A stretch of 63,956 bases of DNA, filler included, from Octopus bimaculoides (lineage: Eukaryota), in NCBI RefSeq assembly GCF_001194135.2. It is 6 parts of 5 records of this genome, joined end to end, with 100 filler letters (N's around TTAATTAATTAA, not from the genome) between each part and the next. Parts side by side here need not be neighbours in the genome. Positions count along the whole stretch, not along the records: positions 44,044 to 56,970 come from NC_069009.1; positions 57,071 to 60,677 come from NC_068982.1; positions 60,778 to 62,796 come from NC_068998.1; positions 62,897 to 63,956 come from NW_026360233.1; 2 more parts are not named here. One strand, written 5' to 3'. Numbering within the stretch: position 1 is the stretch's first letter; each line of letters starts with the position of its first letter. Below are positions 51,719 to 63,956 of the stretch, piece after piece. A program made the position numbers and the translations under genes. Below the pieces are notes generated by a model, which was not told the origin of the DNA, ran no database searches, and worked only from the letters and a program-made list of their open reading frames with translations.

Positions 51719-51953
51719 CTGGCTGGCCCAAAAGTAAGCTTACAGTTATTCGACTATCTCTTTCACATTTATATATTAACAGTTTAGATCTTAATTATGA
51801 AAAAATATGAAACCATTATTCTATGCTAATTTAATTAATTTTGTCAAGCTCCCTTTTCAGTTTGTAACTGAAATTTAAATGTAATAAAATGTTTCCAAAG
51901 AAATTTGAAGTGCCCACATGATACCTGTAAACCTACTTTTGGGCTACCTTGTG
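51719..51953. mobile_element. Tc1/mariner-type MITE
   Basis: TA-flanked imperfect TIRs ggcccaaaagtaagcttacag / ctgtaaacctacttttgggct. Confidence 0.6.
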
Positions 51954-54900
51954 TATATATATATATATATNNNNNNNNNNNNNNNNNNNNNNNNNNNNNN
52001 NNNNNNNNNNNNNNNNNNNNNNNNNNNNNNNNNNNNNNNNNNNNNNNNNNNNNNNNNNNNNNNNNNNNNNNNNNNNNNNNNNNNNNNNNNNNNNNNNNNN
52101 NNNNNNNNNNNNNNNNNNNNNNNNNNNNNNNNNNNNNNNNNNNNNNNNNNNNNNNNNNNNNNNNNNNNNNNNNNNNNNNNNNNNNNNNNNNNNNNNNNNN
52201 NNNNNNNNNNNNNNNNNNNNNNNNNNNNNNNNNNNNNNNNNNNNNNNNNNNNNNNNNNNNNNNNNNNNNNNNNNNNNNNNNNNNNNNNNNNNNNNNNNNN
52301 NNNNNNNNNNNNNNNNNNNNNNNNNNNNNNNNNNNNNNNNNNNNNNNNNNNNNNNNNNNNNNNNNNNNNNNNNNNNNNNNNNNNNNNNNNNNNNNNNNNN
52401 NNNNNNNNNNNNNNNNNNNNNNNNNNNNNNNNNNNNNNNNNNNNNNNNNNNNNNNNNNNNNNNNNNNNNNNNNNNNNNNNNNNNNNNNNNNNNNNNNNNN
52501 NNNNNNNNNNNNNNNNNNNNNNNNNNNNATACACACACACATATATATCTATGTATGTATGTCTGTATACGATGGGCTTCTTTCAGTTTCTGTCGATCAT
52601 ATCCTCTCACAAGACTTTGGCCAGCCCAAGGACATAGTAGAGGACACTTGCCCAAAGTGCCATGCAGTAGAACAGAACCATGTGGTTGGGAAGCAGACAT
52701 CTTACCATACAGTCATGCCTGTACTTTGTATAGTGAGACCTAGAATCAAACCACAAATATTCAGTAGTCAGGTCCATACCATGCATAGGTCACATTCAAG
52801 TCTATCCTGATTATCAACCAATCAGTTTGCAGCAATATCATGCCATATCATGAACATGATCTGAAATGTCCTTGAAGTTCCCATGTTTTTCAGTGTTTAG
52901 CAACCTGGTCCCCAAACCTCAGAACATTGAGAAACTTCTTTTCCTCCTCTCCCTTAGTCAAACCTGTCACCTAGTTTCCCTTCTAGCTACCTGGTATAGC
53001 TCTCAAGTTTGTTACTATACAGCTACACCCACGCCTATTAGTAGGGTGTTGTTATAAGAAATAAATGGTTTCACATAAAGTGAAACCATTATTACTCAAA
53101 TTACAATCAAATAATTGCAAATATATTTGCATGAAACCATTGATAACATTTTAACAGTATTCTGTTATAAAAATAAAATACATGCCCGCATGTGTGTGTA
53201 TGTGTGTGCATGTGCACANNNNNNNNNNNNNNNNNNNNNNNNNNNNNNNNNNNNNNNNNNNNNNNNNNNNNNNNNNNNNNNNNNNNNNNNNNNNNNNNNN
53301 NNNNNNNNNNNNNNNNNNNNNNNNNNNNNNNNNNNNNNNNNNNNNNNNNNNNNNNNNNNNNNNNNNNNNNNNNNNNNNNNNNNNNNNNNNNNNNNNNNNN
53401 NNNNNNNNNNNNNNNNNNNNNNNNNNNNNNNNNNNNNNNNNNNNNNNNNNNNNNNNNNNNNNNNNNNNNNNNNNNNNNNNNNNNNNNNNNNNNNNNNNNN
53501 NNNNNNNNNNNNNNNNNNNNNNNNNNNNNNNNNNNNNNNNNNNNNNNNNNNNNNNNNNNNNNNNNNNNNNNNNNNNNNNNNNNNNNNNNNNNNNNNNNNN
53601 NNNNNNNNNNNNNNNNNNNNNNNNNNNNNNNNNNNNNNNNNNNNNNNNNNNNNNNNNNNNNNNNNNNNNNNNNNNNNNNNNNNNNNNNNNNNNNNNNNNN
53701 NNNNNNNNNNNNNNNNNNNNNNNNNNNNNNNNNNNNNNNNNNNNNNNNNNNNNNNNNNNNNNNNNNNNNNNNNNNNNNNNNNNNNNNNNNNNNNNNNNNN
53801 NNNNNNNNNNNNNNNNNNNNNNNNNNNNNNNNNNNNNNNNNNNNNNNNNNNNNNNNNNNNNNNNNNNNNNNNNNNNNNNNNNNNNNNNNNNNNNNNNNNN
53901 NNNNNNNNNNNNNNNNNNNNNNNNNNNNNNNNNNNNNNNNNNNNNNNNNNNNNNNNNNNNNNNNNNNNNNCAACACCAGGCTCCAGTCTGATTTGGCAGA
54001 GTTTCTACAGCTGGATGCCCTTCCTAACGCCAACCACTCTGAGAGTGTAGTGGGTGCTTTTATGTGCCAACAGCACAAGGGCCAGTCTGGCGGTACTGCC
54101 AACGACCATGCTCAAATGGTGTTTTTTACGTACCACCTGCACAGGAGTCAGTCCAGCGGCACTGGCAACGACCTCGCTGTCAGTCCAGCGGCACATATAT
54201 TCGTTGTGTGCATGTGTGTATCTTCCGTCTTTTACTTGTTTCAGTCATTAGACTGTGGCCATCCTGGAGCACTGCCTTGGAAAAGCTTTAGTCAAGGGAA
54301 CATTATTTTTTCTTGTAAACCTGATACTTATTATATTGGTCTTTTTTGCTGAACTACTAAGTTACAGGGCTGTAAACACACCAAAATCAGTTGTCAAGCA
54401 GTAAGACGGCAGGGGGAAGCACAAACAGAAACATACACACACACACAAACACACAAAAGGTTTCTCTTAGTTTCCATCAACCAAACCCACCCACAAGACT
54501 TTGGCCAGCCCAATACTATTGTAGAAGACAGTTATCCAAGATGCTATGCAATGGGATTGAACCTAGTACCATATGGTTGGGAAGTGAGCTTCTTACCACA
54601 TGGCCATATAATTCCCAGTGCAGGCATTGCATTGAGTTCTTGAGTGAAACACTTTATTTTATGTTGCTCTGTGATCATTTTGACATCTGATGTGTGACAC
54701 ACTTGTGCACACCTGTACAGGTAATGTCAGTTTGGTGAAGGGAGTGCGCTTATGTGAGCACAAACATTTGATCACTATAAACAAATCGCCTGTGTGGTTG
54801 TTCAAGGAATTGCAGAACCCTCAAACATTGTTTAACAATAGGGGAGTCCATGATGTATCTGGCTCATGATCACAACAAGGTCATGAGTTCAATTCCTAGC

Positions 54901-56212
54901 AATGCATTGTATGCTTGAGCAAGACACTTTACTTCACATTGCTCCAGTCCACACTCAGCTGGCAAAAATGAGTTGTACCTGTAATTCAAAGGGTCAGCCT
55001 TGTCACATCTTGTGTCAGACTGAATCTCCCTGAGAACTATGCTAAGGGTACACGTGTCTGTGGAGTGCACATTAATTTCACAAGCAGGCCGTTCTGTTAA
55101 CCAGATCAACTGGAACCACCTTCGTCATTGTAACCAACAGAGTGCTGGAGTGCCATATATATATATATATATGTATGTGTATATATGTGTGTGTGTGTGT
55201 ACATATATATATATGTATGTATGTATGTATATAATAGCTGAAAATCTTGTCGTTGCAGGGTAATTTTCACAATAAAATGCCTTGGTGAACTTTCAGAATA
55301 GCACACACACACACGTGAATTGGATTTCCTCTATTTTGATGGAAATTTTTCAAAATTTTTTTAACACATCCTTGCAAATATTGGTGGAAAGCTTTTTATG
55401 AAAAAATTTTTTTTGAAAATTAATGAATATTTTTTTCAAATGCCCCTCCCCAACCCAGTACTGATTTTGGCCAGCTTTTTTTATGAGTTGATATGATGCT
55501 GAAAAATATGACAACACAAAATTTGTTTTCCATTGATTTTCACATTATAAAACAATAACATGTTCTGGCAGATATTTTGATGTGTGTGTGTGTGTGTGGT
55601 GGTGGGGAAATGGAAAACAAAATACAAGCAGCACAAGCACTTTCATGCATGAAAATAATTTCTAAGCATACACATGGGCACAGGTATGATTGTGGGGTAA
55701 GAAGCTTGTTTCTCAGCCACATGGTTCTGTGTTCAGTCCCACTGCATGGCACCTTGGGCAAGTGTCTTCTACTATAGCCTCAGGCTGACCAAAGCCTTGT
55801 GAGTGGATTTGGAAGACAGAAACTTAAAGAAGCCTGTCATATATATATATATATATATATATANNNNNNNNNNNNNNNNNNNNNNNNNNNNNNNNNNNNN
55901 NNNNNNNNNNNNNNNNNNNNNNNNNNNNNNNNNNNNNNNNNNNNNNNNNNNNNNNNNNNNNNNNNNNNNNNNNNNNNNNNNNNNNNNNNNNNNNNNNNNN
56001 NNNNNNNNNNNNNNNNNNNNNNNNNNNNNNNNNNNNNNNNNNNNNNNNNNNNNNNNNNNNNNNNNNNNNNNNNNNNNNNNNNNNNNNNNNNNNNNNNNNN
56101 NNNNNNNNNNNNNNNNNNNNNNNNNNNNNNNNNNNNNNNNNNNNNNNNNNNNNNNNNNNNNNNNNNNNNNNNNNNNNNNNNNNNNNNNNNNNNNNNNNNN
56201 NNNNNNNNNNNN

Positions 56213-56266
<54 letters not shown>

Positions 56267-56280
56267 ATGTATATATGTAT

Positions 56281-56339
56281 GTAGGTAGGTAGGTAGGTAG
56301 GTAGGTAGGTAGGTAGGTAGGTAGGTAAAGTAGGTAGGT
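56281..56339. repeat. (TAGG)n tetranucleotide microsatellite
   Basis: Directly visible. Confidence 0.95.
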
Positions 56340-56665
56340 GCCTTTTCAAAACATTGTCTGGTTTAAAAAGCCACATCAGATGCCATGATGGTTCTAAGGT
56401 GTAGGTACAGGAGGTGGACAAACCCTGCATAAGGAGTAGACAACCACCATGTGTCTATATGTATGTGTCTGCGTTTATTCCCCCAGCATGGCCACAGTCA
56501 AAATGACTGAAAAGAAAAAGAATAAAAGTACAATATGTACACCTAAAAACATTTGAAGAGAAATATATTAGGGAATGATTAAGAACTGTAATATCGGTAT
56601 ACAGGTATCTTGACCGAGACCTTTGGAAATGTGCTGTGCGTGAGAAGACCCGGCAAGCCAAGTAA

Positions 56666-56970
56666 GATCGTTGCCAGTGCCCCTGGACTGGTTCTTGTGC
56701 GGGTGGCACATGAGATGCACCATTTTGAGCGTGGCCGTTGCCAGTACCGCCTGACTGGCTCCCGTAGGATTTTCGAGCGAGATCGTTGCCAGTGCCCCTG
56801 GACTGGCTTGTGCGGGTGGCACATAAAAGACACCATTTCAAGCGTGGCCGTTTTCGTGCGGGTGACACGTAAAAGCACCCACTACACTCTCTGAGCGGTT
56901 GGCGTTAGGAACGGCATCCAGCTGTAGAAACTCTGCCAAATTAGACTGGAGCCTGGTGTTGCCATCCGGT
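56666..56970 (+). mobile_element. Young CpG-rich repeat with internal tandem units and an RTE-like 3' tail; other copies at 2262-2550, 19832-19969, 53971-54176(-), with tails at 16399-16500 and about 3900-4095
   Basis: gatcgttgccagtgcccctggactgg unit repeated at 56666 and 56781. Tail ggcgttaggaagggcatccagctgtagaaa...ccatgctagcatggaa...(GAT)n in the complete copies. Confidence 0.8.
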
Positions 56971-57070
56971 NNNNNNNNNNNNNNNNNNNNNNNNNNNNNN
57001 NNNNNNNNNNNNNNTTAATTAATTAANNNNNNNNNNNNNNNNNNNNNNNNNNNNNNNNNNNNNNNNNNNN
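56971..57070. other. Artificial scaffold-joining spacer
   Basis: 44 N + TTAATTAATTAA (57015-57026) + 44 N. Confidence 0.95.
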
Positions 57071-57200
57071 ATATATATATATATATATATATACATATAT
57101 ACATAAATACATAGATACCTATGTATATATGACCTAGTAAATTATATATGTGTATGTATATGCATGAATGCATGTATTATGTATATACTTATGTGTATGT

Positions 57201-57238
<38 letters not shown>

Positions 57239-58119
57239 TTTTGTGTGTGCATATATATCTGAATGTTTGGGAAATATTTCTGGCTCAAAATTTATGTATA
57301 AATATTCACTTGTTCCTGTTAAGTTGTTACTATTTCTGTTCCATGCTAATTCTTGTGTTATGTTGAAAGAAATTTATTATATGACAAATATGTATTATAC
57401 TATGAAAATCTGAAGATGAATGAATATACTATTTTATATGAAGTTTGTGTATATTTTACTGAACAATCTAATTTTATTTTATTTTACCGCATTTTAATGT
57501 TGTAGAGGAAACCAAACATACGATTAATTATGATCTCTAATCTATTCTATTTTTATGACATAATTGTCAGTCACATAATATGAAATGGTAAATTTTGAAA
57601 GCCAACGATGAACCACACAAGAAGTTTCGGATAATAATGATAATAATAGTAATTTTATTATGAATGATAATGACAGTAAATATGATAAAGATAATAATGA
57701 CCATTGATAATATCGAAAGATCATAAACAAACAAAATTGAAAAAAAAATAATATAGAGCCCTGCGCTCTGTATAGATTTGAAATAACACCGGTTGTAACG
57801 GTGCCTTTCATTGCTCTGGGTCCACGAATTATATGCAATTTATGAACCAGTCAAACCAATAATTATCTCCTTTGTAAGTTCCTATCCCCGGACCAAATTT
57901 TAGGAGCAGTCTCATGTTTCACTCTATCATTACCCTTTTTTTCTGTTAAACATCTACATCATAATTATAGTAATTTATTTTGATATTATTATTATCATGA
58001 TGATTATTATTATTATTATTAGTATTATTATTNNNNNNNNNNTATTATTATTATTATTATTATTATTATTTTTTTTTAATTATTATTATTATTATTATTA
58101 TTATTATTTTTTTTTTTTA

Positions 58120-58154
<35 letters not shown>

Positions 58155-58492
58155 CATCATCACCATCATTATCATTGTCATCATCATTATCCTTGTCATT
58201 GTTGTTAATAATAATTGTAACAACAATAATACCACTGTTAATAAGATCTGTTGAATTGGTAAACGAAGTACATTAATTATATACTCGATACTCTGTGCGC
58301 AAATAACGCCGAGCTCAAATCTTTCATCCTTCCGAGTTCAGTAAAATAAAGCACATTTTATGAGCTAGCGGGTCTCTTCCGAAAAGATTTGGCATTATGC
58401 TAAAGCTAACATTAATACCTTTCCTGCAACAATAAAGTCACCTTCACATACTTGTCCATTTCATCTATCATTACCTTGCCCTAAAAATTGTG

Positions 58493-58604
<112 letters not shown>

Positions 58605-59282
58605 CCTTTCGTATTTTCTGTATAACTCTAAGTAAAATAGATTTATGATATTATCCTTCCTTTCTCTTTTTCAGTATTTCCTCAATAACAAATTCCGCAG
58701 AACATAGGATATTTGTTGAAATGCTAGTGCTATGTACAATATTTTAGAAAGCCGTTTCTCAACGTTCTTGTTTGTATGATGAGTTGGTACTGTTAAATGA
58801 GTCTGTAATTAGAAGAGTGTCTCTTTTACTTGCTTTTTTGTGCCAACGTTCTATTTGATATTTCTGTTGTCATGCGTTATACTTGGAAACATTTTATATC
58901 GGGGCATTTCCCTTGACCATGGAAATCTTTCGGGTAATTGGCGTGATTAAAAGATCATATGTGTAACATTTATTTTATAATGTAATTGTTATACATAGCC
59001 CTCTCATCTCATCGGGAACTATGAGGATTAAGCTTATATCATTTATACTCCATTAGGTTAATTGTGTCTTGTTGAGATACGTATGTCAAACACTCTACTC
59101 TTCTGATATATTTCAATGCTCACAATAAACATTTGTGTGATGTTAATATCCAAACTGACAAAATATTTCCCATTAGATTTTCGTATTTCAATTCATATTC
59201 ACACTATTAGAAAATTTTATTGAACATCATCTGTCAAGCATTCCCCTACCAGCATGCATAGACTTTGCAAATTATATTACTA

Positions 59283-59371
<89 letters not shown>

Positions 59372-60616
59372 GTACTTGTTATTCTTGTTGTTGTTGTTAA
59401 TGATGATAATCACAATAAAAATAATTTTCTAATTTAGGTAGGAAACTAACAGTTTTAAGGGGAGCAGTATTTTATCTGTTCATTATTTTATCGACCCCGA
59501 TGGATTAAATGACATAGTTGACTCCGGCAGCAATTGAACTCAGCATGTTATGTACTGGGAGAAATAATTCAATGCTTGATTTCCGTCGATCTAATGATTC
59601 TTCTTCTCTATTACACTATGTCTCATGTCAGTAATGATAATACTAATATAGGCACAAGGAGACTAGTCTCTCACTTCCAACCAAGTGCACCAATGATACA
59701 TAGTTACCGACTCTAAAAACAAAATTTTAGGTGGAATGTGAACAGCGATTGTAAAGACAGACGAAATGCTGGAAAGAATTTTTGTCCCGTGTGCTAACGG
59801 TTCTACAAGCTTTCCGACCTAATTTAAAGGATAATAAATATAACTGTTTCTTTTGAAACGTATTATATACTACGAAGATCGAGTACATGACCAGGATAAA
59901 ATATCATTCGCTGTAAAGTTTTTGATATAATGAATAATACAGAAATTTGTATCATTGTGGGATACCAAAAATGTATTAGCCGATTCTCCGCAACTAGTAT
60001 CCCAAAAAAAATTCAGCTCACATTTCTACATAAATAATATTCGGCGTACATTACCGATTGCAATAACTCGAATTGTATTCTTCTGCAAGTGTTTAATGTT
60101 ATACAAGCCTACACAGAGAATATTTAATAGTTTTGCATTTATGACACTATAACTCATGGCAAATTACACAATGGATAAAACAACGGGCATACACTTCCAA
60201 AAATATTGCTTTAGCTTTGCAATAGATGAGACAGTTATATGGCATCAAAAGCAGACTAGTCAAATCCCCCCAAAAAAACTTAGAAAGGATGTGCTTACAC
60301 ACATCTGGTTACTTGTAAAACACGAAATGCAGCAAACAAATCACAAATACATATAGGTGCACTTAGAGATGCTGTAGAAAATGTCGAATAACGAATAACG
60401 ATGATAACGATGTTGTTATTAATAATAGTAGTACAAATAATAATAATAATAATAATATTAATAATAATAATAATAATACAAATAGCCATAAACTAATACA
60501 AATAGCATAAAACTAATACAAATAGCCACAAAACACGAGCAAAACAAAAAACTGTTTTCAGTATTTAAGGAAGCTGACAAATACAAATAAGAAATCAATC
60601 TACCTAACAAATACGA

Positions 60617-60677
60617 AGAAGAAGAAGAAGAAGAAGAAGAAGAAGAAGAAGAAGAAGAAGAAGAAGAAGAAGAAGAA
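60617..60677. repeat. (GAA)n microsatellite at the scaffold end
   Basis: Directly visible. Confidence 0.95.
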
Positions 60678-60777
60678 NNNNNNNNNNNNNNNNNNNNNNN
60701 NNNNNNNNNNNNNNNNNNNNNTTAATTAATTAANNNNNNNNNNNNNNNNNNNNNNNNNNNNNNNNNNNNNNNNNNNN
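60678..60777. other. Artificial scaffold-joining spacer
   Basis: 44 N + TTAATTAATTAA (60722-60733) + 44 N. Confidence 0.95.
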
Positions 60778-60824
<47 letters not shown>

Positions 60825-60827
60825 TAC

Positions 60828-60862
<35 letters not shown>

Positions 60863-62209
60863 CATACATACATACAAAAATACCGTGTAGATGTTGAAAT
60901 TTAAATCACGGAGCCTTAGATCTGGGTTAGAGACCGGTTTTTTCTCTATTGACGAAAAATCTTGAAATACAGCTGAATAATGATATACATACACACATGA
61001 TCATGCAAATGCAGTAATAAAACGAAATAAGGGTACTATTAATAATTCACAAGTAATTGTACGATTCATAATTCGTGAACGCTTGAATTAAACGTTACTT
61101 CGATTATCACCTATTTACGCTAGGAAATAACCAGTTACATGAAATAAGTGGAAGCTACAATATTTTGAAGTGCAAATTCTAATATGTTCCAAAGTGAAAT
61201 TTATTTTCCTGAAAATAAATGACATTTATTGCATTCTCTTAGGATTTGTACAATTTTGATGGAATTTATTTGAATAAATAAACGTCAGTAATATGTCAAA
61301 ATGACATGGTAGTTGATTGACAAACTCAGCTTGTTCTGTATACTTCATATTTAAATTTCTATCAAAAGTACATTGCAATTAAAGTCATCAAGCTGAAGCA
61401 CAGAACTGATCCTAATTTTAATCGTAACATAATTGCATGACTACAGTAAAATTGTTGCTGTCACTTAACTTTTAATATGCTTGTGTGTGTCTTTGTGTTT
61501 GAATGTGTGCACTTTCCTGTGAGTACGTGTGTGAGCACGTTGTATGACAAGTGATGCTATTTTCCTATCAAAGTTATCACAAAAATGCTGATACATCATT
61601 TTGGAGTTCTATTCACATTTATGTAAGTGAAAATATCAGACAGACTTACATATATGTATATATATATATATATATNNNNNNNNNNNNNNNNNNNNNNNNN
61701 NNNNNNNNNNNNNNNNNNNNNNNNNNNNNNNNNNNNNNNNNNNNNNNNNNNNNNNNNNNNNNNNNNNNNNNNNNNNNNNNNNNNNNNNNNNNNNNNNNNN
61801 NNNNNNNNNNNNNNNNNNNNNNNNNNNNNNNNNNNNNNNNNNNNNNNNNNNNNNNNNNNNNNNNNNNNNNNNNNNNNNNNNNNNNNNNNNNNNNNNNNNN
61901 NNNNNNNNNNNNNNNNNNNNNNNNNNNNNNNNNNNNNNNNNNNNNNNNNNNNNNNNNNNNNNNNNNNNNNNNNNNNNNNNNNNNNNNNNNNNNNNNNNNN
62001 NNNNNNNNNNNNNNNNNNNNNNNNNNNNNNNNNNNNNNNNNNNNNNNNNNNNNNNNNNNNNNNNNNNNNNNNNNNNNNNNNNNNNNNNNNNNNNNNNNNN
62101 NNNNNNNNNNNTTTTTTTTATTTCGCGTATAGGCATTGTTTCCTTTTACTTTGTCGACTACATAGTATAGTGGGATCAACTGGGCACCGTCTGTGAGGTA
62201 AATAGCACC

Positions 62210-62796
62210 ATGACGCAATTATCTCTGCCAGAAATTTGGAAATGACGTGCTGTATTGCTTGGCATTCGCGCTGGAAACTCCAATACGAATATTTCAGCAT
62301 CTTTGAGTGTTAATCTGAAGATAGTGCAATCTGAGAATATATACCAGGAGTGATACAAATCAAGCATCCAGTCATCATCGTGGTATTTCGAATGATCACT
62401 TGTGATGGCGACGTTATACCATCATTCCTCTTGCTACAAAGCCTCAGACTCAACACGGAGCCCTACATTGTGTCCCTAGAAGAGGAAGTAGTGCTGACCT
62501 GGAACAAAAGGGTGGCTGCCGGGAGACCCTATGTCTGGCAACAGGACACTGGACCATGCCACGCAAGGAGGTGCACCCTGTCGAAACTGTCAGACAAATT
62601 CTGTGACCACATCATACCTAACATCTGGCCACCTAGCTCCCCAGACTGAAAACTCCTTGATTATTATGTGTGGGGCAAAATTGAACGAGAGACCAACTAA
62701 ACTCCTTGTAACAACAGAGATGAACTAAAGAAAGAGAACGGCCAGAATAGTTTCAGGAGATGCCGAAGTCGTGTGGATGGTGTGGTTGAAGCCAAT
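62210..62796 (+). mobile_element. DD37D (maT) transposase deletion derivative
   Basis: WQQDTGPCH...WPPSSPD*KLLDYYVWG, again with 37-residue spacing. The N-terminal piece is joined directly to the catalytic region. Confidence 0.8.
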
Positions 62797-62896
62797 NNNN
62801 NNNNNNNNNNNNNNNNNNNNNNNNNNNNNNNNNNNNNNNNTTAATTAATTAANNNNNNNNNNNNNNNNNNNNNNNNNNNNNNNNNNNNNNNNNNNN
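62797..62896. other. Artificial scaffold-joining spacer
   Basis: 44 N + TTAATTAATTAA (62841-62852) + 44 N. Confidence 0.95.
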
Positions 62897-63275
62897 CACA
62901 CACACACACGAACATGTATGCGTACAAAAAACATGTATGCAATAGGGGAACGTACGTGTGTGTGTGTGTGTGAGTGTGTGTGTGTGTGTGTATGTGTGTA
63001 TGTGTGTGTTGCCCGTATATCGACAAAACACTTTTTTCCTCGATGGAAAATAAAAACTTACTCGTTGCTAGAAGGGGACTTAATTCATATTTGCAAACAA
63101 TGGTGGATTTCTCCGACTTGAAAATTCTCAAAAGTTTTGGTTAAAAAATCATCTTTACCGCTATTCGCTGGTGCCTCTGGGGAAAATAAGTTGACGAAAA
63201 TACAGCTAGGGTCATGACAAATGTCCTCCTAAAATTGGAGCGACTTGCATGCTAATTTGTGGATGTGCACAAATT

Positions 63276-63317
<42 letters not shown>

Positions 63318-63621
63318 TATTCAAAGGAATTCCAAAGCTGTCTGTTTTTTATGCTTTATTTATATTCTTATAATATTAATGTAGGATATAGAATATATAA
63401 TATATATAATATATTCAGTAAAATGAAATGAAGTATTTATTGTCTTATTGAATAGATGGAAATATTGAATATTGAATATTGAATATTAAGTGTTGAGTAT
63501 TAAGGGACTAGTATACTTTCTTGCATTTTAGCAGTCTTCATTGTCCCACGCTTTGACAGGAGTGTTGACAACAGTTGTCAACACCTTAAAATTTCAAACA
63601 AATTTATTCTAGTATTGTCGC

Positions 63622-63956
63622 GAGGAATATTCTAGTGAAGTTGAACATCTTATCTGGCCACTACAGTCCCCAGATCTCAGTATTGTTGAACATTTATGGT
63701 GCATTTTAGAAAACACAAGTAATTACAGCTTGAATTCTACGAGGTGTAGACTCGTACAAAGTTTGAATTGTTTCCAAAGGCATTTTTGTCCATTCTTTAG
63801 CTAAAATAGTTTCCAATTCTTGTAGTGATGATGGTGGAGGATATCGACTTCTTACTTGTTTTTATAAAATGCACCATAAATGTTCAACGTCACTAGAATG
63901 TTCTTCGTGCCATTCAGTAACAACTTTGGCTGTGTGAATTGGTGCATTATCATCCT
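63622..63956. mobile_element. Two convergent Tc1-like transposase fragments
   Basis: Plus 63622-63720: EEYSSEVEHLIWPLQSPDLSIVEHLWCIL. Minus 63956-63721: DDNAPIHTAKVVTEW...VEHLWCIL*KQVRSRYPPPSSLQELE...EWTKMPLETIQTLYESTPRRIQAVI. Confidence 0.85.

Overview
Repeat-rich animal genomic DNA, most likely an octopus. This is inferred from the very high microsatellite density and from SINE/RTE-tail families I recognise as cephalopod-type. The window is not one natural locus. Five identical 100-nt spacers (44 N + TTAATTAATTAA + 44 N) join six separate assembly pieces: 1-24914, 25015-43943, 44044-56970, 57071-60677, 60778-62796 and 62897-63956. The first piece holds the only well-supported host gene: 8 phase-consistent internal exons (1161 nt, about 387 codons, + strand) of a CFAP92/KIAA1257/FLJ43738-like ciliary protein. 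Its 5' exons lie before the window and its 3' exons were not found after the join at 24915. The rest is mobile-element debris: three Penelope-like GIY-YIG fragments, RTE-clade LINE pieces (one nested in another), mariner, DD37D (maT) and Tc1 transposons, several MITEs, at least five SINE-like families and many microsatellites. The least expected signal is a set of dispersed minimal type-I hammerhead ribozyme motifs (47528-47603, 51578-51659, 38727-38840, plus a truncated one at 1185-1219) of the kind known from Penelope-like retroelements. Most ORFs in the supplied track are artefacts of microsatellites or N gaps. I found no evidence for a wholly new multi-gene system.
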